DNA from: an uncultured virus (IMG/VR IMGVR_UViG_3300032116_000116)
Lineage: Duplodnaviria > Heunggongvirae > Uroviricota > Caudoviricetes
Virus record (IMG/VR): IMGVR_UViG_3300032116_000116
Span: 1 to 64,000 of that record
Strand: one strand, 5' to 3'
Length of the DNA stretch: 64,000 nucleotides
Numbering within the stretch: the first letter of the stretch is position 1; every line of letters starts with the position of its first letter. The notes beneath the pieces are model-generated. The model was not told the origin of the DNA and searched no databases. It worked only from the letters and a program-made list of their open reading frames with translations. The position numbers were made by a program, and so were the translations under genes. Shown here one piece after another: positions 49,727-58,006 of the stretch.

Positions 49727-50398
49727 ATGCAAATCGTTATCAATAATTTACAATTTCCGTATGACATTGGTTGTCGTATTTTGAAAGTGAAACACAAAGA
49801 TTGTCCTTTCAGTCAGTTGGAAGATATTTGGGAAGATATTACCCCGATTACTTTCAAAGAGATAGCCCAATTAGAGAACTTGGAACAACGCCGTGTGGCT
49901 ATGTTGAACTATGGGTTAGATAGATTGGTCAAAGAGATTAAACCCGAATTGATTGATAAGAAAACATTGAAGAAAACAACAACTTGGGTTAGTCAAGACG
50001 GACAACTTGTTACCAAAAAATTCAATGACACTTATGAACTTTACAAAGTTAATGGGGAAGTTTTCGGTAAGGCTCGTAATTCTTGGTCAAAACCTGATGA
50101 TTGTTACTATGTAAAGTGTAAGGACACAAGTACCGACAGAGAGTATTTCATTTGGGTTGATATGAAAAGTGTGGCAAACACAAATGGTCAGGGTTGGAAT
50201 TGGGATATTAAAAAGGTCAATGCAATTCAGGCAATTGCTTGGACTATTCAAACGGACATTCCCGAAGGTTGTATTGAGAAGATTGTAAGACAGGGAGATT
50301 GTGTGTTGATTAAACCGATAGGGAAGAAAGTAAAGTCGGAAAGTACAAGACACTTAACGGAAAGTGAGTACAAAAATCTGTTGGTCGCTGAGAGTTAG
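49727..50398 (+). CDS. Conserved phage hypothetical protein
   Basis: NLEQRRV...C.DTST.REY...A..AIAWT...RQGD. Confidence 0.7.
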   Translation: MQIVINNLQFPYDIGCRILKVKHKDCPFSQLEDIWEDITPITFKEIAQLENLEQRRVAMLNYGLDRLVKEIKPELIDKKTLKKTTTWVSQDGQLVTKKFNDTYELYKVNGEVFGKARNSWSKPDDCYYVKCKDTSTDREYFIWVDMKSVANTNGQGWNWDIKKVNAIQAIAWTIQTDIPEGCIEKIVRQGDCVLIKPIGKKVKSESTRHLTESEYKNLLVAES

Positions 50399-50632
50399 TA
50401 GTTTTTGACAAATGAAAGGGGGTACAATTAGTACCCCTTTTTTTATGCACTTTTTGTGCACTCGATCTGCATATTAACAGGTGAGATTTTCTGTGGCGGA
50501 TCAACTATACTCGCCACAGAAAATTCTTGGTTCAGATCCTGAAATTTTTAGATATAATATCTTAACTAAACTTTAACGAAAATAAATTTGGAATCAAAAT
50601 ATATAAGTTGTATATTTGTAAAAATTAAAATT

Positions 50633-51397
50633 ATGATTTACACAACTAAAGCTCAAGCAAAAAAATTAACGGGTATCGGTTACCTGGGGTCGGTTAACTT
50701 AACTACCAAACATCAGAAGGCGTACAAGTACAATGAACTTACTTATAGTTTATACCTCGCACCCGCAAAGTCAAGTGGTTATGAGGTTTGTCCTATGAGA
50801 AGTGAAGAATGTACATTGCTATGTTTGAACGAATCGGGAATGAATAAAATGACACAGAAGGTAAAGGGTGATGTTATTAATGAATCTAGAATTAAAAAAA
50901 CGAAATTATTCTTTGAACACAGGGAATTTTTTGTTAATTGGATGATAGATGAAATATACACCGCAAAGAAAAAGGCAGATAAACTCGGTCACAAGTTCAG
51001 TGTTCGTTTAAACAATACATCAGATATAACCCCCGAAAGTTTTTATGTGACATATAAAGGAGAAGTGAGAAATGTATTACAGATTTTCCCCGATGTTAAA
51101 TTTTACGATTACACGAAAGTTCCGAAACGAATTGAATTGTTAAAGAAGTACAATAACTACGATTTAACATTTTCATTTAGTGGATATAACTTTCCCGATT
51201 GTATTAGTATGTTGAATAATGATGTTAGAGTGGCGGTCGTATTTAGAAAAGAATTACCCGAAACTTTCTGGGGTCGTAAAGTTATTGACGGGGATGAATA
51301 CGATATGAGATACTACGATGAAAAAAATGTTATTGTAGGTTTGAAATATAAAAGTGTTAGAAACAAGTTAAAGGATGATTACAAGTTCGTTGTTTAG
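50633..51397 (+). CDS. Gp88-like phage protein
   Basis: LYLAP...CP....C...CL...RLN..SD...FYDYTK...Y.LTFS...DGD..D.R..D....VGLK. Confidence 0.75.
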   Translation: MIYTTKAQAKKLTGIGYLGSVNLTTKHQKAYKYNELTYSLYLAPAKSSGYEVCPMRSEECTLLCLNESGMNKMTQKVKGDVINESRIKKTKLFFEHREFFVNWMIDEIYTAKKKADKLGHKFSVRLNNTSDITPESFYVTYKGEVRNVLQIFPDVKFYDYTKVPKRIELLKKYNNYDLTFSFSGYNFPDCISMLNNDVRVAVVFRKELPETFWGRKVIDGDEYDMRYYDEKNVIVGLKYKSVRNKLKDDYKFVV

Positions 51398-51764
51398 TAG
51401 TTTTTGTTTTGATAGAGAACCCACCAGTAAAATGGTGGGTTTTTTATTGCTGTTACCAGAGCAGATCGCAGCGCAAAGCACAGTGGAATTTCTGTGGCAG
51501 AATAGTTTTATTGATTATCAATGAGTTATGAAAATAGCAAAAGTTGCAAAAGTTGCAGCAACACCAGAGCAAGTTGCCAGATTCAGAGCTATGGATTTTC
51601 TGTGGCAGACATTTGTATTACGCCACAGAATATTTTTACCGTGCCGGGCTGGGGTCGTGATCAAAAATATTTTTGCAAAATTTTAACAAAATATATTTGG
51701 ATTATAACTTTATCCGTTGTATATTTGTGATGTCATTAATTATTAAACTCTAAATTTTATTAAC

Positions 51765-52220
51765 ATGGGAACTAGATCTCTCACAACATTCATTGAAAGA
51801 TGGAACGATGAAAAGACAGGTAAAAAGAAACAAGTTAAGATTGTAACAATGTATCGTCAAATGGACGGTTACCCCGAAGGACACGGACTTGACCTCGCAG
51901 ATTTTTTGGCTGGTGGTACTGTTGTTAATGGTTTGCCGATAGGTGTAATTACAGGTGAAGACAAGACACTTTACTTTAATGGAATGGGTTGTTTGTCCGC
52001 ACAGGTAATCGGACATTTCAAAACCAATTCTGGAGGAATTTATTTACACAGGGGAGGAATTACCAACTGTTGGGAACAGTATCGATATGAGGTTATTGTA
52101 GATGAAGACAACCCGAAAGAAATCTTACTCCGTTGTTATGATGTGTATGACCGTAAATGGATATTCGAGGGAAACCCTAAAGATTTTGTTAAAAAATACA
52201 AAGAAAAAGAAAAAGTATAA
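51765..52220 (+). CDS. Conserved phage hypothetical protein
   Basis: MGTRS...YRQMDGYPEGHG...NGMGCL.AQ. Confidence 0.75.
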   Translation: MGTRSLTTFIERWNDEKTGKKKQVKIVTMYRQMDGYPEGHGLDLADFLAGGTVVNGLPIGVITGEDKTLYFNGMGCLSAQVIGHFKTNSGGIYLHRGGITNCWEQYRYEVIVDEDNPKEILLRCYDVYDRKWIFEGNPKDFVKKYKEKEKV

Positions 52221-52293
52221 AAAATATTTTTGTATTATAATTTAAAACTCCGTATATTTGTATCACATTATCTAACAATTTAAATTTTATTTT

Positions 52294-52836
52294 ATGGGAT
52301 TAGACCAGTATCTCTCCAAGAAAACTTATGTTAAAAATTGGAGCTTCCACACTAAGGAACAAAAACACACTGTCACCGTTAAGAAGGGTGGTAAGAAAAG
52401 AACCGACATTAACCCTGAAAAAATCTCCTACATTGTTGAGGAAGTAATGTATTGGAGAAAAGCAAATCAAATTCATAATTGGTTTGTACAGAATGTTCAG
52501 GATGGTGAAGATAATTGTCGGGAACATTATGTGGAGAAAGAAAAACTGAAAGAACTTGTTGACACCTGTAAGAAAGTTCGTGACAGTTTATTGAAGTCCG
52601 AAATCAAATTGGTTCAAGCTGAGGTTGGTTGGGCTAATGGTGAGAAGATGTATGACAATATCGAAGTTTACACCGACACGGAAGTCGCGGAGGAATTGTT
52701 ACCACCGAGTCCAGGTTTCTTCTTTGGTTCATATGAGTTCGATAAATGGTATCTTCAGGATATTGAAAATACTATTAACGCGATCGAACCACTATTAGAC
52801 AGTGACGGTGAATTTTATTACGACTCGTCTTGGTAA
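52294..52836 (+). CDS. Conserved phage hypothetical protein
   Basis: MGLD.Y...YWRKAN.IH.WF...LP...GFFFG...Y.SSW. Confidence 0.75.
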   Translation: MGLDQYLSKKTYVKNWSFHTKEQKHTVTVKKGGKKRTDINPEKISYIVEEVMYWRKANQIHNWFVQNVQDGEDNCREHYVEKEKLKELVDTCKKVRDSLLKSEIKLVQAEVGWANGEKMYDNIEVYTDTEVAEELLPPSPGFFFGSYEFDKWYLQDIENTINAIEPLLDSDGEFYYDSSW

Positions 52837-52910
52837 AAAAATATTGGGGATATTGTTTGGTAAAACGATATCCCCTTTATATCTTTGTATCACATTTTAA
52901 AATAAATCTT

Positions 52911-53147
52911 ATGACAAAAGAATTGTTACAAACTTGGACAACCAAAGCGAAAGAAGTATTAGAGGGACGAACTATTATATCAGTCCGTTATCTTAATGAT
53001 AAAGAAATGGAAATGATGGGTTGGTATAAACGACCTGTCGTGTTCTTCCTCGACAACGGAACATCCTGTATTCTCTCTATGGACGACGAGGGTAATGATG
53101 GTGGTGTTTTATTCTATGGTAAAGATGGTGTATTACCTACACTTTAA
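52911..53147 (+). CDS. Hypothetical protein
   Basis: SMDDEGNDGG; start taken at MTKEL. Confidence 0.65.
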   Translation: MTKELLQTWTTKAKEVLEGRTIISVRYLNDKEMEMMGWYKRPVVFFLDNGTSCILSMDDEGNDGGVLFYGKDGVLPTL

Positions 53148-53158
53148 AATAAATCTAT

Positions 53159-53374
53159 ATGAGAAGTTTTTTAGAATTAAAAACAGCAATAACAAACGGT
53201 GTTCCATTAGTATGGAATGACCCTGACCCAATCAAAGGTACTGATTATACAATCACATACATTGAACCACTAGATGAAATTGATGATGATGAAGACCCAA
53301 TGGGTTATCCAATTCTAATTCAATATGGGGGTTCAGAAGCTCAGGTTTATTTACATGAAATCATTTTAAAATAA
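53159..53374 (+). CDS. Hypothetical protein
   Basis: 71 aa. Confidence 0.6.
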   Translation: MRSFLELKTAITNGVPLVWNDPDPIKGTDYTITYIEPLDEIDDDEDPMGYPILIQYGGSEAQVYLHEIILK

Positions 53375-53380
53375 ATCTAT

Positions 53381-53779
53381 ATGAAAAAACGAATTAAAGT
53401 TAGGTTCAATCTCGGTAGAGGTAAGAACTATCTAAAATGGAAAATCGAATATCCATCAGGTGAGGTAGAGTATCATTATCCTATCAATGTACAACTCGTA
53501 ATGAAGAACTGTCAGCTTAAGAACAACAGGAATGCCGCTGAGAAGATTTATAAAAATCAATCACACAAAGTCGTTTGTGCTTGGGTACTCTGTGAGGATA
53601 TCGATGTGAAGTTCGATAAATTTAAGGCGTATGACACGATGGATCTGGATCGATTAACATACAATCCAAGAAGATTACCATATTGGGTGAAAGATGATGG
53701 TTATCTAATGTGTATGGATGGAGTAACAGTAAATGAAATTGGAACAGTGGATTATAAATTATTCATAACTAAAAATTAA
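53381..53779 (+). CDS. Hypothetical protein
   Basis: K.VCAW...YNP pattern. Confidence 0.7.
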   Translation: MKKRIKVRFNLGRGKNYLKWKIEYPSGEVEYHYPINVQLVMKNCQLKNNRNAAEKIYKNQSHKVVCAWVLCEDIDVKFDKFKAYDTMDLDRLTYNPRRLPYWVKDDGYLMCMDGVTVNEIGTVDYKLFITKN

Positions 53780-53783
53780 AACT

Positions 53784-54380
53784 ATGCCAAATTGGTGTTC
53801 AAACTCAATCACCATAACAGGTGATGAGGAAAAAATTAAATTCTTAAAGAATGTAATTGAGAATGGTATCCCCACTGAAAAACGACAGGAAGCGAATGTT
53901 TTCATGACTCTCGTCGGAATTCCTCCTGACATGAATCTGTATGAATATGAACAGAAGTGGTATGGAACCAACATAGATAATTGGGGGACCAAATGGGATG
54001 TGGCATATAATGAATCTTATTTCTCTTTTGAGGATACTGAAATAACCATGTCACCTGATACAGCTTGGTCACCACCAATTGGATTTGCTCAAAGTTTGGC
54101 AAGGAACTATGGGGTAAAGGTGGAGATGTACTATGAGGAACCAGGTTCCGACTTCTGTGGTAAAACTATAATCACTGAAGATGGTACGTTGACGGAGGAG
54201 GATTATGATTTTGTACATGGGAAATATGTCTTTGATAAAGAAGGTTTTTGGAATGAAATTATAAATAATATAGAGTTTGCAAAAGAAGATGATGTATCTT
54301 TGGAAAACTTCATATTGGATTATGGTTATGTGAATGAAGAAGACAAAAAAGAGATTGAGAAATTATATAATGAATCATAG
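53784..54380 (+). CDS. DUF1281/Api92-like ferredoxin-fold protein
   Basis: MPNWCSN...WGTKWD...TAWSPP...YEEPG. Confidence 0.75.
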   Translation: MPNWCSNSITITGDEEKIKFLKNVIENGIPTEKRQEANVFMTLVGIPPDMNLYEYEQKWYGTNIDNWGTKWDVAYNESYFSFEDTEITMSPDTAWSPPIGFAQSLARNYGVKVEMYYEEPGSDFCGKTIITEDGTLTEEDYDFVHGKYVFDKEGFWNEIINNIEFAKEDDVSLENFILDYGYVNEEDKKEIEKLYNES

Positions 54381-54425
54381 TTTTTATTTTTAACCAGCTG
54401 TTTATACAGCACAAATCAAACAAGT

Positions 54426-54905
54426 ATGGGTAGAGTTAACAAACTTACAGAGGGTGTGTTCACCAGTATCGTAGGTAATCAAACAATCATTCCTTCGTAT
54501 GACAAATTCTTAAATGTTCAGGACGATTTAAAAAAACCGAGTCAGGAACTTAAGAAATTAATCACACAATACAAGAAAGAAATAACATCAAATAAAACAA
54601 TATTTGAGAAGTTAGCAAAGCTTGAGGATGTGATTATGCAGATCCGTACACGGGACAACCTGTCCAATGATATGATCAAATTGAACATTGTCCGTGAGTA
54701 CATCTACGCTCGTATTCCTTTCCATCGTAACGATAAGGAATCAAACGACATCCGTGTCATCGTTGGATTAACTGAATTCAATGGTGTGGAAGTGGACAAG
54801 ATGTATGACAACAAAGAGTTTATGGACAAAGCCAAGAATAAATTGGTTGAGGCTATGAACGAGATTATTAACCAAAATTTGGAAACTGTAAATAAAATAG
54901 ATTAA
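54426..54905 (+). CDS. Hypothetical protein
   Basis: 159 aa. Confidence 0.7.
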   Translation: MGRVNKLTEGVFTSIVGNQTIIPSYDKFLNVQDDLKKPSQELKKLITQYKKEITSNKTIFEKLAKLEDVIMQIRTRDNLSNDMIKLNIVREYIYARIPFHRNDKESNDIRVIVGLTEFNGVEVDKMYDNKEFMDKAKNKLVEAMNEIINQNLETVNKID

Positions 54906-54906
54906 T

Positions 54907-55824
54907 ATGAAAAAGATTAACAATGTATTATCATTATGTGACGGTATCTCAATGTTCCAATACGCATTGAAAAAATCAGGAATTGAGTACAAGAATTATT
55001 TTTCAGGTGAGATCAGTGAAACTGCTATGAGTATAGCAATGAAGAATTTCCCGAAAACAAAACAACTTGGTGATATCCGTAACATCAAAGGAAAAAATTT
55101 ACCTGAGATCGATATTATGGTTGCGGGATTTCCTTGTCAACAATTCTCAAGAGCAGGTAATGAAGATGGATTAACAGATATTCACGGAAATGTTCTCGAC
55201 ACATACAAGAAGTATCGTGAAGCCGATAAAAAGGGATGGATTAGAGAAGGATCTCAATCACACATTTTTTGGGAAGTATATAGGATCTTCAAAGAAGTTA
55301 AACCGAAGTATTTCATTTTTGAGAATGTTAAAATGGATCCAAAGTGGATGTACATCATATCAACATCTTTCGGTGTTAGTCCCATCTTAATAGATTCAAA
55401 ATTGGTTTCCGCTCAACATCGTGAGAGATACTATTGGACAAATATTCCTGGTGCTATAATTCCAAAAGATAAAGGAATTCATCTTTCAAGTATTATTCCT
55501 GATGCGATCGGTGGACACGGTGTTAGAAACATTGATACAGGTAAGAAAACTCCTGAAGGTAAAAAAGTTTGGCGTAAGAACGCTACAACAAGAAAAGATG
55601 GTAAGGCCAACTGTTTAACAACAAGAAAGGGTAACTGTTCCAAAGTGGAATTAAAGGACGGAACCATTAGACAAATCACCATCGAGGAAGCTGAACAACT
55701 TCAAAATCTCCCGAAGAACTATACCAAAGTTCCTGGTGTTGCTGAAGGTAAGAGGTGGCACGCCATCGGTAATGGGTTCACCGTCAATGTATTTGTTCAC
55801 CTATTAAAAGGTCTTAAAAAATAA
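54907..55824 (+). CDS. DNA (cytosine-5)-methyltransferase
   Basis: LSLCDG (motif I variant), GFPCQQFS (IV), FENV (VI), QHRERYYW (VIII), IGNG (X). Confidence 0.9.
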   Translation: MKKINNVLSLCDGISMFQYALKKSGIEYKNYFSGEISETAMSIAMKNFPKTKQLGDIRNIKGKNLPEIDIMVAGFPCQQFSRAGNEDGLTDIHGNVLDTYKKYREADKKGWIREGSQSHIFWEVYRIFKEVKPKYFIFENVKMDPKWMYIISTSFGVSPILIDSKLVSAQHRERYYWTNIPGAIIPKDKGIHLSSIIPDAIGGHGVRNIDTGKKTPEGKKVWRKNATTRKDGKANCLTTRKGNCSKVELKDGTIRQITIEEAEQLQNLPKNYTKVPGVAEGKRWHAIGNGFTVNVFVHLLKGLKK

Positions 55825-55875
55825 ATTTTGTGGAAAACATTTCACATATTATATTTGTAATCTAAATCCAAGTGT

Positions 55876-56223
55876 ATGACAAATAGCAATAGAATGTTAG
55901 TTCAGGATCTACAGAAACAACTGATCAATAAGGTTCTTTCCTTTATGGATGAGAATGATTTAAATATGGTGGAATTAAAAACCCCACTCAGGATCTTTGT
56001 TGAAGAACCATCATTTGATGATTATGTTATGGTTCCAATTGTGGCGAGGTCATTGTATGCTGATGGTTCCATCGGAGCTTATGATGAAGAAATAAAGATC
56101 GAGAACTGTAGTATCTACGAGATCGCATACATAATGGATGTTCTCGAGAGTGGGGACTACACGGTAGATGAAGACGACTTTATCGATCCCGCTGGTGGAC
56201 GAGGATTACATTCTCACATTTAA
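55876..56223 (+). CDS. Hypothetical protein
   Basis: 115 aa; promoter upstream. Confidence 0.65.
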   Translation: MTNSNRMLVQDLQKQLINKVLSFMDENDLNMVELKTPLRIFVEEPSFDDYVMVPIVARSLYADGSIGAYDEEIKIENCSIYEIAYIMDVLESGDYTVDEDDFIDPAGGRGLHSHI

Positions 56224-56248
56224 ATTTCGTAACTCAAAACTCAAGTAT

Positions 56249-56821
56249 ATGCACACTATCAATCTCGGAAAAAAAGTGGTCGTATCCGACCCTTGTTACA
56301 CCATCCCAACTTGGTGTCAAGCTGTAATCGAAAATGTAAAACCCGGCGTGTATCACACGACAGTCAGGAAACACGACGCTGGTGATTGGGGAAATCGTTG
56401 TTCAATGGTCTTTGCAATCCACGAGGAGTATGTTAACTTTGATCACCTGTTACACGGGAAATGGGAAGAACACCCAGCATCCATCGGAGTTGACTCGGGT
56501 CAATGTGGGATCTTTTCTTTTGAATCCTACAGGAATGACGAAGTTAAGTTCGATTTCGAACCATATGACTTCGGTAATGATTACCTTAGTAATAATGAGG
56601 GTGGTGACCTGTGGTATCGTCATATGTGTAAACACACATTGAGTGATCAATCTTGGGGAGTGTATGACAGTGGGATTGTTTCCAGTTCAGGATTCGGAGA
56701 TGGAGCTTATCAATTGTATGTTGTTAAGAAACGAAACAAGATCGTGGCCTTCGCCATTGACTTTGGAGTTGAGGAGGGTAAGTACATCGACTTCGATTAC
56801 AGGAAGAAAGAATTAGTTTAA
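56249..56821 (+). CDS. DUF4241-like protein
   Basis: VSDPCY...GVDSGQ.G...SG.GDG.Y. Confidence 0.7.
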   Translation: MHTINLGKKVVVSDPCYTIPTWCQAVIENVKPGVYHTTVRKHDAGDWGNRCSMVFAIHEEYVNFDHLLHGKWEEHPASIGVDSGQCGIFSFESYRNDEVKFDFEPYDFGNDYLSNNEGGDLWYRHMCKHTLSDQSWGVYDSGIVSSSGFGDGAYQLYVVKKRNKIVAFAIDFGVEEGKYIDFDYRKKELV

Positions 56822-56887
56822 GAACTTGGTGGTCAAATGACCACCATTTTCATTTAAACCCTATTATAAAAATATAAATCTAATATT

Positions 56888-57316
56888 ATGTACTCAGATA
56901 ACTTGATCAGAATCATCAGACCATCTCAGTGGATTAATTTAATCTATATCGTTCTTGGTATTGCTTTGATCCAAACTATCTTTGTTCCCCTTCTTGCTGT
57001 CATCAAGATGTTGGATGTATATTTTTGGAGATATGAATTCAGGGAGAGGACCATCATTGAAAGAAGGGGAATATTATCCGTGACAAGGAAGGAGGTTCAC
57101 TTCTACAGGATTAAATCCATCAGAATCGACGAACCACTGTGGATGAGAATCTTCGGACTGTCCAAAGTATCCATAATCACCTCCGATCAATATCATCCTG
57201 AATTGGTTTTATACGCTGTATCCGACGGACATTACCTCCGTGAGTACATTAGATCTAACACCGATCAGTGGAGAAAGCTCGAAGGAGTTAAAGAATTTGA
57301 CCTATATAACCTATAA
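56888..57316 (+). CDS. Membrane protein with bacterial PH (bPH_2) domain
   Basis: TM segment then Y......I....G......E....RI.....P...RIFG...V.I.TSD. Confidence 0.75.
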   Translation: MYSDNLIRIIRPSQWINLIYIVLGIALIQTIFVPLLAVIKMLDVYFWRYEFRERTIIERRGILSVTRKEVHFYRIKSIRIDEPLWMRIFGLSKVSIITSDQYHPELVLYAVSDGHYLREYIRSNTDQWRKLEGVKEFDLYNL

Positions 57317-57604
57317 TTTATGATAAGTAAGATTGCTTGGTTCTTTGATTACTACATCTTGTACTTCCTGTACAATGAGAGAAAGATCAACAGGTACCAT
57401 CGTAATATGATCAACAAGTACGGGGACAAATACAGAATACGAATCGACAGGTGAGATATGACCCCTCGATTTTCTGTGGCAAATCCATATGGGAGAGGTA
57501 TGCCCCGACAATAAGTTCTTTGAAATCCTTACTGGGATAAAGTTTTGTTAAAAAAAGTTACGGCAAGATTTTGTTTTCTACCATTCATTTTGTATGTTTA
57601 TGAT

Positions 57605-57817
57605 ATGAAGAAAACAACAACCAAGGCTACTCGTGGAACAGGTTCCAAGACAGCCAACAAGACCCGCCGCACCACTTATGTTGCGGTAACGAACAATGTT
57701 TACCATGACGGTACTAGTTACCGTGTACGTGTAAGTGTTGACGGTATCAAGTACAGCAAGAACTTCACTTCGAAGAAGAATGCTATTGCTTACCGCAACC
57801 AGTTGTTGTCCGCTTAA
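57605..57817 (+). CDS. Small basic AP2-like DNA-binding protein
   Basis: NVY..GTSYRVRV...G..YSKNF...K.AI.YRN. Confidence 0.6.
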   Translation: MKKTTTKATRGTGSKTANKTRRTTYVAVTNNVYHDGTSYRVRVSVDGIKYSKNFTSKKNAIAYRNQLLSA

Positions 57818-57909
57818 TTCGGACACAACCTCACACAGGTAAACAATCTCAGTAAGACCTTCGTGGATAAATCCTATACAGGTGTATGGGACCCACGGGG
57901 TCTTTTTAC

Positions 57910-57939
57910 ATTACGGACCTCCCTTCGGTCGGTCCTTCA
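57910..57939. repeat. 30-bp hairpin repeat, copy 1
   Basis: attacGGACCtcccttcggtcGGTCCttca. Confidence 0.85.
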
Positions 57940-58006
57940 GGAAAATGAACATCAGATTTTCCGTGGCATAACTATGCTCATTAATTAACCAAATATATTT
58001 ATGTGT

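Larger units (their letters stand above)
27598..55860 (+). promoter_or_regulatory. More than 30 Bacteroidota sigma70-type early promoters, many with upstream TT(A/C)ACA-N5-TTAACA repeats
   Basis: TTTG-N19-21-TAnnTTTG, e.g. -7 boxes near 27647, 28895, 29689, 31045, 33228, 37571, 41701, 48284, 50611. Confidence 0.9.
27340..57970. repeat. Dispersed family of ~24 intergenic inverted-box elements (TTTnnnTGGC...GCCAnnnAAA)
   Basis: Copies near 27360, 27480, 28150, 28760, 29550, 30330, 30920, 31640, 32650, 33090, 33880, 34860, 35770, 36640, 38310, 39150, 40100, 41560, 42900, 45510, 48150, 50490, 51490, 51600, 57470, 57960; nearly all lie between a terminator and the next promoter. Confidence 0.9.

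Noticed and set aside
28114..51670. Integron attC cassette array
   Set aside because: No consistent RYYYAAC/GTTRRRY ends, genes carry their own promoters and terminators, and no tyrosine recombinase is in the window. Kept only as a loose analogy.
27881..51730. ORFs spanning the intergenic elements (27881, 29453, 30174, 30853, 32559, 34766, 41407, 41440, 50310, 51521)
   Set aside because: They cross terminators, promoters or elements, often use non-ATG starts, and ignore the local compositional bias; most likely chance ORFs.
27340..57970. CRISPR array interpretation of the dispersed repeats
   Set aside because: Copies are degenerate, hundreds to thousands of bp apart and separated by whole genes; there is no repeat-spacer periodicity and no cas gene in the window.
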